Assembly (NCBI RefSeq): GCF_037042905.1
Contig: NC_087245.1
Span: 3,970,001-4,034,000, forward strand
Origin: Lytechinus pictus
Lineage: Eukaryota
Length of the DNA stretch: 64,000 nt
Direction of reading: 5' to 3'
Numbering within the stretch: position 1 is the first letter of the stretch; every line of letters begins with the position of its first letter. Made by a program: the position numbers and the translations under genes. The notes under the pieces were generated by a model that was not told the DNA's origin, made no database searches, and saw only the letters and a program-made list of their open reading frames with translations. Below, piece by piece: positions 30,124-43,329 of this stretch.

Positions 30124-30959
30124 GTAAGTATTGTCAGACCTTCATTAATTATTGTGCTATGCGCATTTGAACAACTTGCTTTCAAACCTCAAATGCAGAA
30201 AAAATACTATTAAACATAGATGAAAATTCTCTTTTCAGATTAATTCAGCAATTGAATTGCAAAGGGTAGCTTTAATGATCTGTTCCATGTATGATTTTAG
30301 TTTTTGTTTTGTAGTTTAGCATGTGCCTGACAAAAGCAGGTAAAATGAAATATGATTTATGAACATTGTGACTGGGTCAGGGCTTGAGGATGTAATTTCT
30401 GTCCTCATGAACAAGACTCTCTCTTCGATGTCATTGACAAGAAGATGACTTCAAACAAGACGAGTGTTGTTGGAGGACTCTCAGTGGGCTGTTATTTCCA
30501 CTCTGTCACCTCGATCCAGCCAATACCAGAGTCTATAATGCTAGTCAGATTGGCCATGCCATGCAAAGTTTACTTACCGTACCAGTCATCATTTATACTG
30601 GACTTCCACTCGCCCCTGCCAAGCAAATACATTTGTCATCTTATTTGTTGACAGTGGCTAGTTTTCCATACAAAGGAACACTTTAGAATACTTTTTTACT
30701 TGGTGAGACACTAAATGTTATGTCTTGATTAAATGATTAGTGAAATGTTTCTATTAAGAAGATGCTTTCTATTTTCTGATTTAATTATGTATTCCTTTAT
30801 ATGATATAAACATGCTTAATATATGCTGCAGTGTTATAGAACAGTCAAATGGTTATTTTAGAAAACAAATATATTGCCCTTGTAAGGTATAGTTGTGTAA
30901 ATGCTTTAAGAAAATATAAATTAATATTATGACAAATTTATGCTAAGCTTAATTTCGTA

Positions 30960-31234
30960 CACTGCTAGAAAATTTATCCTGAAATAAAAGAAGTTCCTGC
31001 AGCAGTCTCGAGAACACATGTAATCTTACCAGATTGCATAATCTTACAGGAAATTGGTATTTGGTTTATGGAATCTTACAAATTTACTTGAATAAAACAT
31101 CCTTTTCCCCTTTTTAAACAGACCTGTTCTGTTAAATTGCAGAAAAATTCCTGTTTTATGAATTTACAGAATGATTCTGTTATTGCATTCTGCAAAATCT
31201 TTTTTTCTGTAAAATCACATTTTTTAAAACAGCG
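30960..31234. mobile_element. Degenerate short MITE, TA-flanked, CACTG...CAGYG termini
   Basis: ta-CACTGCTAGAAAA ... TTTTAAAACAGCG-ta imperfect TIRs, with internal ttacag/ctgtaa-like sub-repeats. Confidence 0.4.
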
Positions 31235-34200
31235 TATGCATGTCATAACGGTGAGGTTCTTTTGATATTTTATGGAGACGGAACACTATCTTTTACAGCT
31301 ATAATGTTTCAACTCCTGTTATTTCATATAAATTTTACACCATTTACATATTAATAACAAAATGGCCTTCCAAATATGGTTCTTCATGGTTTGGTAATAT
31401 ATGACACCAAAGAGACCTAGTGGGAACTGGCAATATATAGCAAGGACAGTATTGCACAAAGCAGCATGGTATAACCTTGTTAGGTGCAGTACAACAGCTT
31501 CCTGTATGTAGCTCACCATAGATTATCATAGAATGCTCTTCCTTCAATAGAAACCTTGTCGCAGGCTTGCTGCTCGATTCATTTCTTCCTTGATCAAATG
31601 TCAAGTTCGTTCAGCTATCGATACATTAATATTGATTCAATCGGGCCATGGGCTGTATAGACTCTGCCTTTCTCTTTCCTATGTGTTCTTGCTAGTGGGC
31701 ACTGTCTTATTTAATTCTTCATCAAGGTCTAGCGATGATTGCCATTGAGAAGTGCCTCAAGGATATCCCCATATATCTCACCATGTATCTCTCATGATCT
31801 CCTCTATCTTCTACATCAAGTAAGGTGACAATAAAGAACTATTAATTAGGAGCGTGCATGTATAGGATACAATTAACTTGCTCAAAGGAGTAATCCTAGG
31901 AGTTTCCAACATAGAAAGAGTTTCATAGAATGGTTCATAGAATGGTTCATAGAAGCTCATGCCTAAAAGGTATTTGTATACTGTTACTAATTCATGTAAC
32001 TCAGTCTTTCATGGAGCTGTTGTTAGTTTCAAGATCTTGATGGAGTGACTATGCATATTTATGTATCTGATGTTTCCTAAGTATTTTCCTGTTCTTGAGC
32101 CATTTTCCTTCCTTTTTAAAGTTTGGTTCCCCTTAGCATTTTTAAGTCATTCATGGATAAATAGAGATTCAAAATTGGTTAGCATAATATTTTTGTAAAA
32201 AAAGAAAGTTTACATTTTCTTATTTGATAATTATTTTGCTTCTAATATTCCTTTCCCATTACCATGAATTAGAAGGCAGTCCAGATTTACTTCAAGTTTT
32301 GTGTAGAAATCTTTTTTATAAATGACTTACATTCTGAAATTGCATTCTATTTTATATGCTTGATTGAAATATTAGACAACAATCTATACTATTTTATTTT
32401 ATTCATTTCAAAGCCAATATCCCATTTTCCCGAATTAATGACAAAACATAAATGGTGGAAAGCTAGTCTCAATATCATCAGAAATGACCAGACTCCTTCC
32501 AGATAAGTCCTTGATGATGAATGTTTTCATTGCTCAGGCTTTACCTAACCCCAGACTATGATAGATCTATCATGGATCTCATGTGAATCACTTTTCATTA
32601 AATTTTTAGAGGCAAGAAGGCTTTCCTTTCCTTGGCTGTTTCCTCCCAGACCCACATCTCCCAGAATTAAGCTGCCTAATTTGATTAATATTTTCTCGCA
32701 GATGCGCAAATCTTTCACCGCCCCAGCGCATGGCTTTGAAGCAAGGCAGTCATGTTTGGAAAGAAAGAGAGCGGGGAGAATTATTAGAAGCAAAGATGGA
32801 GTCAGAGTCTAATCAATATTTCTGCATGACTGGAAACATAGAGCCAATGACTTGGGCAGGATATTGAAGAGAAATATCACACATTCACCTTTTTTTTTAA
32901 GAGGGAGAGAGAGAGAGAGAGAGATAGAGACAAATTTTCTGTATTTAATGCTCAGCATGATACCAAGATTGTAACGGTGGAGGAGGAATATTGTGAGGAA
33001 AGTGATATATGTAGAGATAAGATAGATATTGGAGAGAGAGGGAGAGAGAAATGAAGACACAGATAGAGATGTAGAGTGAGATTGGGTATATGTCATAAAG
33101 ATAAATGGAGATGAAATAGAGTAAGAGAAATTGGCCATTTGATGACCTCATTTCTTGAGAGTGTTGAAGTCAAATCTGTATATAGATATGATGTCATATG
33201 GCTTCTTATCACTGTTGTGGTTCAATAAGAGTGTCGGTACATGAGTGCCCATTCCTAGATTTCAAATTGATCAGGGATGATGCAGCTGTTAAAAGAATCT
33301 CTAATGTTTGTGCATGTATTCCATAATCAAAATAAACTTTTTTCCTGCATGGGTCCTGTTGCATAAAATCTAGATTTCCTTGAATTTGATTGGCTGTAGA
33401 TCCATTTTTCATGGTAATTACCATTAATAATATAAAATTTCATAAAATATTGTATATTTGAAATGAATATTCTAGTAAGTTGTTTCTGAATAAAAGTAGT
33501 TGAAGGAATGACAAAGTGGTAAATACAACAAAGGGATGAATTCTTTTGACAGAAAAAATAATACCTTTTTAATAAATATGATTAGTTGAATAGGTGAATT
33601 AGAAAGCAGACTTAAATCTTTCTTTAAAAATTGATTTCCATGCTCTCATTGTATTTTGTGTACACCAGTGGGAAAGGTAACAAAAGAACATTTATATTAT
33701 CTTTACAATCAGAATGATGTTTTTAAAGGATAAATGTAAGTTTTCACTTTTTCTTTCATTCAGAGTCAATGACCTGCTGAATTCAAACAGGAAAAAGCCA
33801 AGCCATTATACAAATCAATCTCAAATGCATTTGTTGCATGTTTTGTTTTTCCAGCACAGATACAAAGAACCCCTATACTTCTGAAGTGAAAATATGAGGT
33901 TTGAGATTTTGTTTTTCCTGTGTTCATTGATGGAGAAAGCATCATCTTATTTTTAGCTCCAAGGACGAGGGACAGTAAGGTAGCACCACTTTCTATTAGA
34001 ATTTCATAAGAAGACAACGACTTTACCCCAGGAGTATGGGAGTTTATTCACACAAACATTATTTTAAAAACATAATAAAAAGTAAAAAAAAACTATCACA
34101 CTTCTTGATTTCCTGTCTTCAAACATGATATGTACAAACATATTATTGTTAGTAAGATTTCTACAAAAAGTAGAAAGCAAATGACATTAGTTGTTGTATT

Positions 34201-37200
34201 TCTTTCTCTGGATGTTGATTTGTTAAATGTGGTTTCAGAGAATTCTATGATAATTTGTTGTTGACTGTTACTTCAAGCATTAGTTATTGTAAATTAAGTT
34301 TGAATTATTGACTTCTTTCCCTTACTCATGAAGTTTACTTTAGGACAAACATGTTGTGGATGTGTGATGATTGCCTGTTTTGAACATTATTTGGTCCCTG
34401 CCATACCCCCCCCCCCTCTTTCACCACCTCTTCATCTGCATCATATATATGTTACTTCCTTCTTGTCTTGATTAAAAAAACCATATGTTTCAGACTAAAT
34501 GAAATGGGTAGATAGGAATCCCTTTAAATCATCCAGCTTCAATTTGAATCCAAAGATAAGTAGTGTATATCGCTATCTACATTAGATGTGTACATAGTGT
34601 TTGTAGATATTATGTTAAAAATGTAGTATGATCATCACTTGGCGTAATACTTTTATGTTGTAGTTGATATTGGAATAGTATGTTTTATCTTAGGAATTAA
34701 TCCCATGTTTTAATGAGTTAGTCTATAAAAATACTTAGCAAAATCTTTATTGTGCTTCCCCATATTTGAGGTCTTTGTCGATATTTATTCCATTCTTATT
34801 TTTACTCTAAAAAGATAGAATTCATTGGTAACATTTCGATGCAGTTATCCCATTTTTATTTCTCTCTTAAAAACAAGATGGAATACATTGTTAACATTTC
34901 AATGCAATTGATATACTTGTTAATAGATTTTTTTTATGTTTAGATTTAAAAGTGATAATGAAAGAATAATAAAGCCAAATGTTCAAACATACATGTATTT
35001 TCAGCTATATCTAAAAAAAAAATTCTTTTCATTTTAGGCGTTGAAAATTTCCCCCATATTGAAGTAGATTGACCTATCTGGTGGTACTGTAATGAAAAAA
35101 TGAGACTTGAATTCCTGCCAGCTTCTGTCATCATCTTCCAATATACCAATATTCTCATCCTGGTCTTCTGAAACCATCAAGACTTTATTTTTGACCCAAA
35201 TATCTATAATTTCTTTTGAGTTAACCTCATTTTGAAGGCAGGCTTGTCCATATGGTTGCACTGATGGGGCCTATGATGTATAAGGTTCGTTCACATTTGA
35301 GGCTGTGTACCTTAATAAAGTAACAACCAAATGGAACGTTAAGGGTGATCTGCATTTTACTGTCTCTATTTTCATTGTCCGCAAACATTTTTTTAAAATA
35401 TGTTTTCCATTTTTCCTAAAATTTGCAGTCTTGAAATTTAAAATATCAATTTTTCCTATTGTGGTTGATGGAATTAGCTTAGCTTATTTATAAATGTGTA
35501 TACCGAAGATTGTCTTGTTGGAATAGGCTTTTTGTTAAAACAAATATGAGAAATATGTTTTGCTTAATCAGAAACTAAAGGTAGTTATTACAACGCTTTC
35601 TCGGTTTCTTGTTTCAGTAAAAACCTGCTACATCTAAACACAATCTTGAGAACACTTCAAAATATCATATGAAATTATTCAATTGAAACGCATAACCGAG
35701 CATTGGTCTACCACTAGTAGACATGGAAAGTATATTGAATGTTAGACTCAAGGGTTATAACCCGAGTGTTGTTAAATGGAGAGTTAAAGGGGCTGGGTTA
35801 ATGCACACAAAAAATAGCGAATAATAAATCTATATTAAAAATTGAGTAGAAAAGGGCTATCTTGATATAAAAATGCCTCTATGAATTCCTTCAATACTCT
35901 ATTTCATCAGGGTTTTTTTTTTCTAATCATCAGCCTGTTTTAAATGCAATAAGAATGGTATTCTGTGTTGAATCAATAAACACTTGGATGCAGTTAGTTT
36001 ATAATAAAAGCAGGCAAATTTCAATGAATTTAGCAATTTCTTTTTGTCTCTTTAACTGTAAATGTATTCTTTGAAAAAGAAACAAATAACAAACCTCTAC
36101 ATATTTGGAAACTTCAAGTATGATGTTATTGTCCTATTTTATAAGAAGGCAATGATTTAAAGGGTTTCAAAACTGGACTAAACAAATACAAGCAGAGTAT
36201 GTCCTAAAAACATGGTATTGGGGGTTCCATTAAACCTCATTGTACTCCATTGCTAATGATGTATTACAGGATAAAGTCATGTAATTTGAGGCGCAATGCT
36301 GGTCGTCTGCGGTGTCCGATAACATCCCAGTGCGGGTAAATTCCACTAGTCTTAGTGACGCCACCCCCTCATAAAGGCGGCTCGCATCCCCATTTCCGTC
36401 ACACACTTTACCAGCGCCCCGTTTCCCCCCTCTTCTAATGATGTCATAAACAAGGTATAGAAATGTTATGTGCTACAAGTGTTGTGGCCTATATTTGAGG
36501 GTTAATTTCTTTCATTATACCATTTGCACTCTCGAGTTGCAAGGATTGATTTTGATATAAATTGGGGCGTTGGTTGGGTCCGATTACGGGAGATGTATGG
36601 GAATGTCTAATGAGTTGAGCATAGCAAGGAGAGGCGTCGGGATGGGGGTTGATGTTGTGTGATTAAATGCTGTGTCTGGAGGCATGGTATGGTGTGATAT
36701 GAGAATGTGTCTGAATAATAAAAGGCTTATGAAAGATATGATAGATTGGTATCAGTAATGCTAGGTTTAATGAGGCAGTACATATTGATGGTAGGATGCA
36801 GTGTACACCCTCCCCCTTGGATGGTGCCCCTCCCCCCATTCCTCTCTCATTCTGATCCTTTTCATTCCTTATCTCTTTTAACTTTTACTTCTCTCTCCCT
36901 CTGTTCCTCTCTTGCTCTCTTTCATGTTCTCTCTTTTCTCTCGCTATTTTCTTTCCTACTTTGTCTTCCCATATTCTTGTATTTTCTTTTTCTGTATCGT
37001 GCACTCTCAATCTCAATCCTTCCCTTTTTTTCTGCTTTTGATTTGTGATACTGCATATCTCTTCCCTTTACCATCTAGCATAGTGCCATACTTCAAATGC
37101 AAACTGATTTATCATACACTTCATAACTATCAATAAGCAATCATTTATTAAACCCTCTCCCTCCTAAGAACATTAATATTCTTGGTTGTTATTTTACGAA

Positions 37201-40099
37201 CAAGATTTTCAAGTTATATTGCTTTGCTTACTGACAACAGCAAAGTGCCTATATGGTTGCGTGACCGACCACATAGTTTGGTTGCCCCAGGCAAGTGGTC
37301 AAGTGGTTTTGTAGCCCTCTCCATCTCCCTGATACCATTATGTTAATGATGATGCTATCCATAGTTTCCATGGTGATATCAAGCTGGTGGAAGACTCTTG
37401 GTAAATATGAACAATCGTTTACTGCAACAAGATAGAGGAGAGGAGACCTTAGGTTGGCTAGATTCTCACGTATCAAGAGTATCTGGTAGCAATGTAAACT
37501 ACTTCAATGAATTATTTGCCATGAAATTGGCGTGCCTATCGATCTAATTCTATTTGCTTAGATGGAACATTGATATCCTAGAAAAAAATTATGATTACTG
37601 GAATACGATTTGTAGATAAGATTTGAGATTGCAGAATGAATAATCCATTTCTATGCAATGTATGTATCTAAATTTTTATTTGTTTATGATTATGATTATT
37701 ACATTATACCATTTCATTTAAATTGAATATTATTTTCACTGAAAACTTATTTTGTGTTAACATTAATCATTTTGATGGTGAATGCTTTCCATTGCCACAT
37801 CAAACTTCCAAAGATGACTCTTTGTGCACATTCTTTATTTTCATATTTAATTGTTTATTATCATTTTGAGAGAGAAAAAAGGAAAGTTTGTACTTAAGAT
37901 GCAGTGAGGATCATTATAAATATCTCTTCAGGTTTTGAAAATGAGAATCTTATGCACGCGTTAGGAAATGCAAATTCACCGGCATGAGCTACAGATTCTT
38001 TCTTGATGTTTGAGATATTCTTAATCGAAAGCAACACCGATGGTCGCTGGAGTGAGTACATTAATTATTCACCACACACTATCTGATTCTGACTTCTTGA
38101 AATGATAATGGCAGCATTAAAATGATATGTAGACACGTGCCTATGTACGATATAGGTCCACTGTAGTCTACATCTCTAAACATGTTGATATCATGTTGTT
38201 AGAGTATATTGTAAAAGAAAATATGGTATTGAATGAAAATTAGAAGTGCAATGAGCAGGTAGTCTGAGTTACACCATGAAAATAACACTGTTATTGGACA
38301 CACTGAAAAAAAGGTGTTCTGTGTTAAAAATATATTTTGAAAAACTTCCTCAGATGAATGGCTTTGGGCAATTAGTATTTGTGATTTTTCTGGGATTATT
38401 TTTTGTACATAATAATATTACAAAGTTTATTCACAGAAAGAATTAAGACATGGTGTCTATTCTTTCTCTTGTTCATCCGTCATTGAAATCTTTACTTCAT
38501 AAAGGAAAGTTAGTAAGGAATAACTTGAATTGATTCTGATTGCATAAGACTAGGTGGCTTATTTTCATGAATGAAGAGAGATGCTTAGAAAGATGAGTGC
38601 CATTAGCCAGCTATCTGTATCCTCTAATCTAGGCCCTCTCATTAAATATCCTCATTTATTCTGCCTTCTCTCTCAGACTTCTCTTTCCACCTATCTTCAT
38701 TTTTATTAGTTATTCACTTGTGCCATCTTTTTTATCATGATTATTTTATTATTTACAATATTGGTTTTCTCCTCTTGATATTTTTCTAAAGCTCAATTTC
38801 ATTAGAAATGGTAATTTCTTATTTAAAGTTCAGAACATTCTAATTTTCAATGATTTGAAGTTATTCCAAATTGACTGAATATAGTGTCCCTCAAACAGTT
38901 GATTTATTTTGAATCCTAAGTATTTCTTTTGAAATATGATTGATTTAAATTCCTATTTTAGCCTCATTCAAATCCATAAGGTTTTTTTTTTAAACTTAGT
39001 CATTATTCACAGCCACTCTGGATTAATTTCAAATATTTTTTTTGTAGTTAATATATCCATTCCTTTATTTCTTCTATCGTTCTTCCTATGTTTCCAGTTG
39101 TACTTTTTAATTTTTAAAATGCTCATTGTAACATTTCTGTATGGTTTATCTTTCATATGGAAATGTCTTGTGAGCATTTCCTCTTCTTCAAGCCTGCTCC
39201 CATCTTTCCCTTTTTATCTTATGGAGATGTTAACCTATCACATTTCTATTTTGAATGATAACTTGAAAGAAAATTCTTTCTTTGATACTTAGTTTGTGAT
39301 AAGAGTCCTAGTATAAGATGGATTTCTTTAAAAGGCACATCAGACAAGTAATGCTATCCATTCCCGACTATCCTATGTTTTTAATGCTCGTCACGTCTCG
39401 CCGAATTTCACATCCACTCCCCAGCGTCTGGACGCCCAGATCACCTCAAGGGCCTTTGCAGACGAGCGTGTCGGTCACTTTATGCAAATGGGCTGGTCAG
39501 TGTGAAATTAATATGGCTAGTCGAGTGAGTCATTAAGAAAAGAATTAGAAATAACATCCCTGTATGTATGTATCCCAAGGCCTATTCACAGTGAGAGTTG
39601 AATACAGCCTGTTGTGTACTCATCTATGCCATTATGTCTTGTTAAGACCTGTTGCAGCACTTTATCTACAAAATACAATATTGAAATGTGATATTGCAGT
39701 TTTGGATTGCATAATGAATCATTCCACTTTTAGAAATAAAATTTTTGTATGTCTAGGGCTATAATATTGAACGTTTTTAGCTATATTTATATAAAATTTT
39801 GTTTTTTAACCCATTGCCTACTGGAGCCAGGTGCTCTTTTACAAAGCGTATTGGAATCACAGAATTCATTAGTGAACAGGTTAATCAAAATTTAGGTAGA
39901 ATGTCAGAAATAAATGAGTTGATTTTATTTTCTGATTGGGATATTTGTTTGAGGAATCAGGAATTACTTATTAGTGACATTATGTTTCAGAATTTTAAAT
40001 TGACATCAATGTAATTAGTTTCATCATTTTACATTACTTCCTACTATTTTTAATAAAGCATTATTTATTTTGTAAGTTTGTTACATTCATATATTTATT

Positions 40100-40271
40100 T
40101 GTTCAATTGGTTGTTCGAAGTCCAACTCATCCAAAATCCAACACATGCCTGTTTTAGTGGGAACTTCATTTGGCTTTGGTAATAAATATGTTCAATTGGT
40201 TGTTCGAAGTCCAACTCATCCAAAATCCAACACATGCCTGTTTTAGTGGGAACTTCATTTGGCTTTGGTAA
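40100..40271. repeat. Exact tandem duplication, 2 x 83 bp with a 6-bp insert
   Basis: 40100-40182 is identical to 40189-40271 (read base by base). The copies are separated by taaata. Confidence 0.95.
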
Positions 40272-41821
40272 AAACCCATCCCTTATCCCAAAATGAATCG
40301 ATAACCCTGGGTTTGACTTTCCAATTTAAATGGAAGGTATTCATCAGAAAAACATGGGGATCCTAGGGTCATTTCAATTTAAAACTATTTGACCACTCTG
40401 ACTCACCATGTGTCTGCCATCTGAGTGGATACTTGAAGTGATCTATCAATTAATTACCACTGACCATTGTCCTGATGACCACTGATAGTGACCAATGGTA
40501 ATGACCATTGCTCTAATGAGAATGAGATAGTTTTGTTGATGGTTGGATTAATTGGAATGGAATTAGGCATGATGTAGATGCTTTGTTTGGAACTGTCCCA
40601 CATGGTATTGATGCTTGGAATATCATTTACAGATTCTAAGTTCTTTTCAAGGCATGCTTTTCAGTGCTGGGTTGATTTTCATTAAAGACAAGACTATGCA
40701 AGAATATATAATGTGAATTGCTTTATGAATAACTACATAGTCATGGTCTGTGCAGAGTACATAAACTTGAAGTCATGGATAAGTGGTTAAGAGATATGCA
40801 CAGGATGTTTAACCTAAAAAGTATAATTTTTGTGTCCTTAAAACTTATATTATTGATTTAGAATAATATGTAAAATTAATATTAAGAACAACAATATGAG
40901 ATTCTTATTAAATATGCTTAACACAAGATTGATCACTAGACGTCTCTGAAAGTTTAGTCATATTGAATGGCTTATTAGATAAGAATACCGTAATCTGAAA
41001 AATGGATCAAAATGTCATAATTTAATCGGATTCCTATTGTTGTTAATATAAATTAAAGTTAGGAAAATATAGACTCAGAACAGTGCCTAGTGGGTATATG
41101 CAACTGCCTTGTTTTGATATGGCACCAACAAGTTGTTTCAACGCCAGGAGGTGTTATAACCCTGACCTAAACGCACTTTCTCCATGAATATTTATGAGAA
41201 GTGATGTAATATTTGACCTTATTAGCCTAATTTCACCCATAGAGTCCAATCATACACCCAAACAGACGCCTGCTGACCTCTTTATTTGGACTGGACAGAC
41301 ATACTCTGTCCACTCCAACACCATCAGGATCTGGACGATTCATCAACATTAATTTTCAGCGTCCGATTTTCGCGACACTGATCATAAATTCTTGCATCTC
41401 AGTCCCATCCACCCTCGGGCCTTGTGATGATGTCGTTCTGCCCCGATTGCACTGCTACTGTCTGTTTGGGCCTCTTATTTATTGTTTTGTCAGATGAGAA
41501 AGATATATTAGTAGGGTCAGTTATAAATTGCCCATCATGTTGTTATGATGAGTCATATTGTATAAGGTCACGCAGTATGATAAACATGTGATGAAATTAG
41601 CATCCATGAGTTCCAGAGAAGCCCTGATCCAACCATTTATACTTGCATCCTTTGGCAAGGCATTTATATACATGTGCCACTCTAAATCCAGGTGTAGTAA
41701 ATGGGTACTGTCGGGTGGGAAGGAATTCCTTGAATGCTTTAGCATATGATTTCAGTAGCCACGCTTAAGGGGGGTAATAGTACGCACCACTAACAACATT
41801 GAATTAAGCGTTATTCTTACA

Positions 41822-41951
41822 AATGTTGGGCAACATACTGTCCACAATACTGTGTAGTTTTCACCCAAAGCACACATTATTGGTTCAAACTTACCCAGAA
41901 TTGGATAAAGTTTTTACCAATTGTTGTGTGGACAGTATGTTGCCCAACATT
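41822..41951. mobile_element. Small MITE-like foldback element
   Basis: Perfect 25-bp inverted repeat aatgttgggcaacatactgtccaca (41822-41846) / tgtggacagtatgttgcccaacatt (41927-41951). The true termini may extend about 10 bp further. Confidence 0.7.
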
Positions 41952-43329
41952 CTTAAAAGTGTATCTGTAGGTGGAAAAATTACAGATTATATTTTGAAGT
42001 TGGAGATTAATCTGGTGACACAGTTAAGCATCGGAGGTATCTTTAAACAGGAGTTTCTGAATCAAGCAATAAAACAATTTGACACTTGGGTATTGACTAT
42101 GAAGTGACCATTAAATCTGTGTTAAGCTATGTTGTGGTTGTTCTAACATCCCTTTGAGTCAAGAATATGTCACCATTTAACATCTGGCTTTCATTAGAAC
42201 ATGTTCCCAACTGAATATTATGAATATTTATAGACTAGAGATTCATCCTAATAAAGTAGGATTTAGTCAAACAAAAGTCATCAATCGTCATTTGTTTAAA
42301 TTGACATGAATCTCAAAAGGTTTATGCTTAGAATATTTTGCAATTATATTGTTGCTCATTTGAATAGTCATGTAACACTATTTGTGGGTGCTGGGTATAT
42401 CATTCTCAGCAGTCTTTCATCATTTTGGTGATCACCGAACTCGCAGGATAAACTGATCATCAACATTTTCTGAACACTAAACTTAGGCAATTATTTTTTT
42501 ATGCGGTTTTTACATGGGTATGCACTTGTCTAGTTCCATTTCATCTTGTGTTAATTTGAATTTGATATACCTGAACATGTTGTAAATCTGTGTCACTCTG
42601 CATAATCAGGAGTGGATAATTTATCTTTTTATTTGTGGTCATGGTTGATGACCATAAATAGCCCATTCTGAAAATGGGTCCCATGTGGCCGAAATCCAGT
42701 AGATTACTGCTGTATTAATTCGCTTGATTCATTCAAGATTTACAACTGTGTGAGAGTAGAGTGCTCGCCAGCCTAATGGGGAATAGTCTCAAACACCAGG
42801 CTTAATTATTTTAATTGAACAGTGTAACCTTTTGGAGATTTAGTAGTTGTCCATGCAAGGTCTCATTTTCTTTGGCATATAGTATTGATTTGATATGGTT
42901 GGGAAAATCATAAATTCCAATAAATGAGCCAGTTGTTGATTGTATGATTTTGCATATTTGTTACTCAAAATAGGTGCAATGAAATAAGTTAATTTGAATA
43001 GGCTGAAAGTGATAGACCAGTTAATTAAAGTGTCAGTTGCCTCACTGAGGCAAAGATTCCATCAAGTATTGATTAATTATAGGTGTTTGATTTTCCCTTA
43101 CTTAGCTGGAAATAAAAAAAAAGGATTGACAAGGCAATTTTTTTCTTTAGAAACAAATGTCCAATAATAATAATGAAGTGATGTCTGCAAAGACAGAGAA
43201 AATGAAGAAGTTATCCTGATTTTGTGATAGAATCTTTGGATTTCAATCTTTGTCCTTCAAACTAAATAGTTGTTGACGTGTACATATACCTGCATTCTCT
43301 CTCCTTTATGAGATCTTTATTATGTATAG

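Noticed and set aside
31922..31954. 12-bp tandem repeat (ttcatagaatgg), and the 17-bp direct repeat around (TA)n at 47471-47516
   Set aside because: Ordinary slippage-type micro-duplications.
40100..40271. CRISPR-like repeat-spacer-repeat
   Set aside because: Only two 83-bp units with a 6-bp insert, in eukaryotic context with no cas genes.
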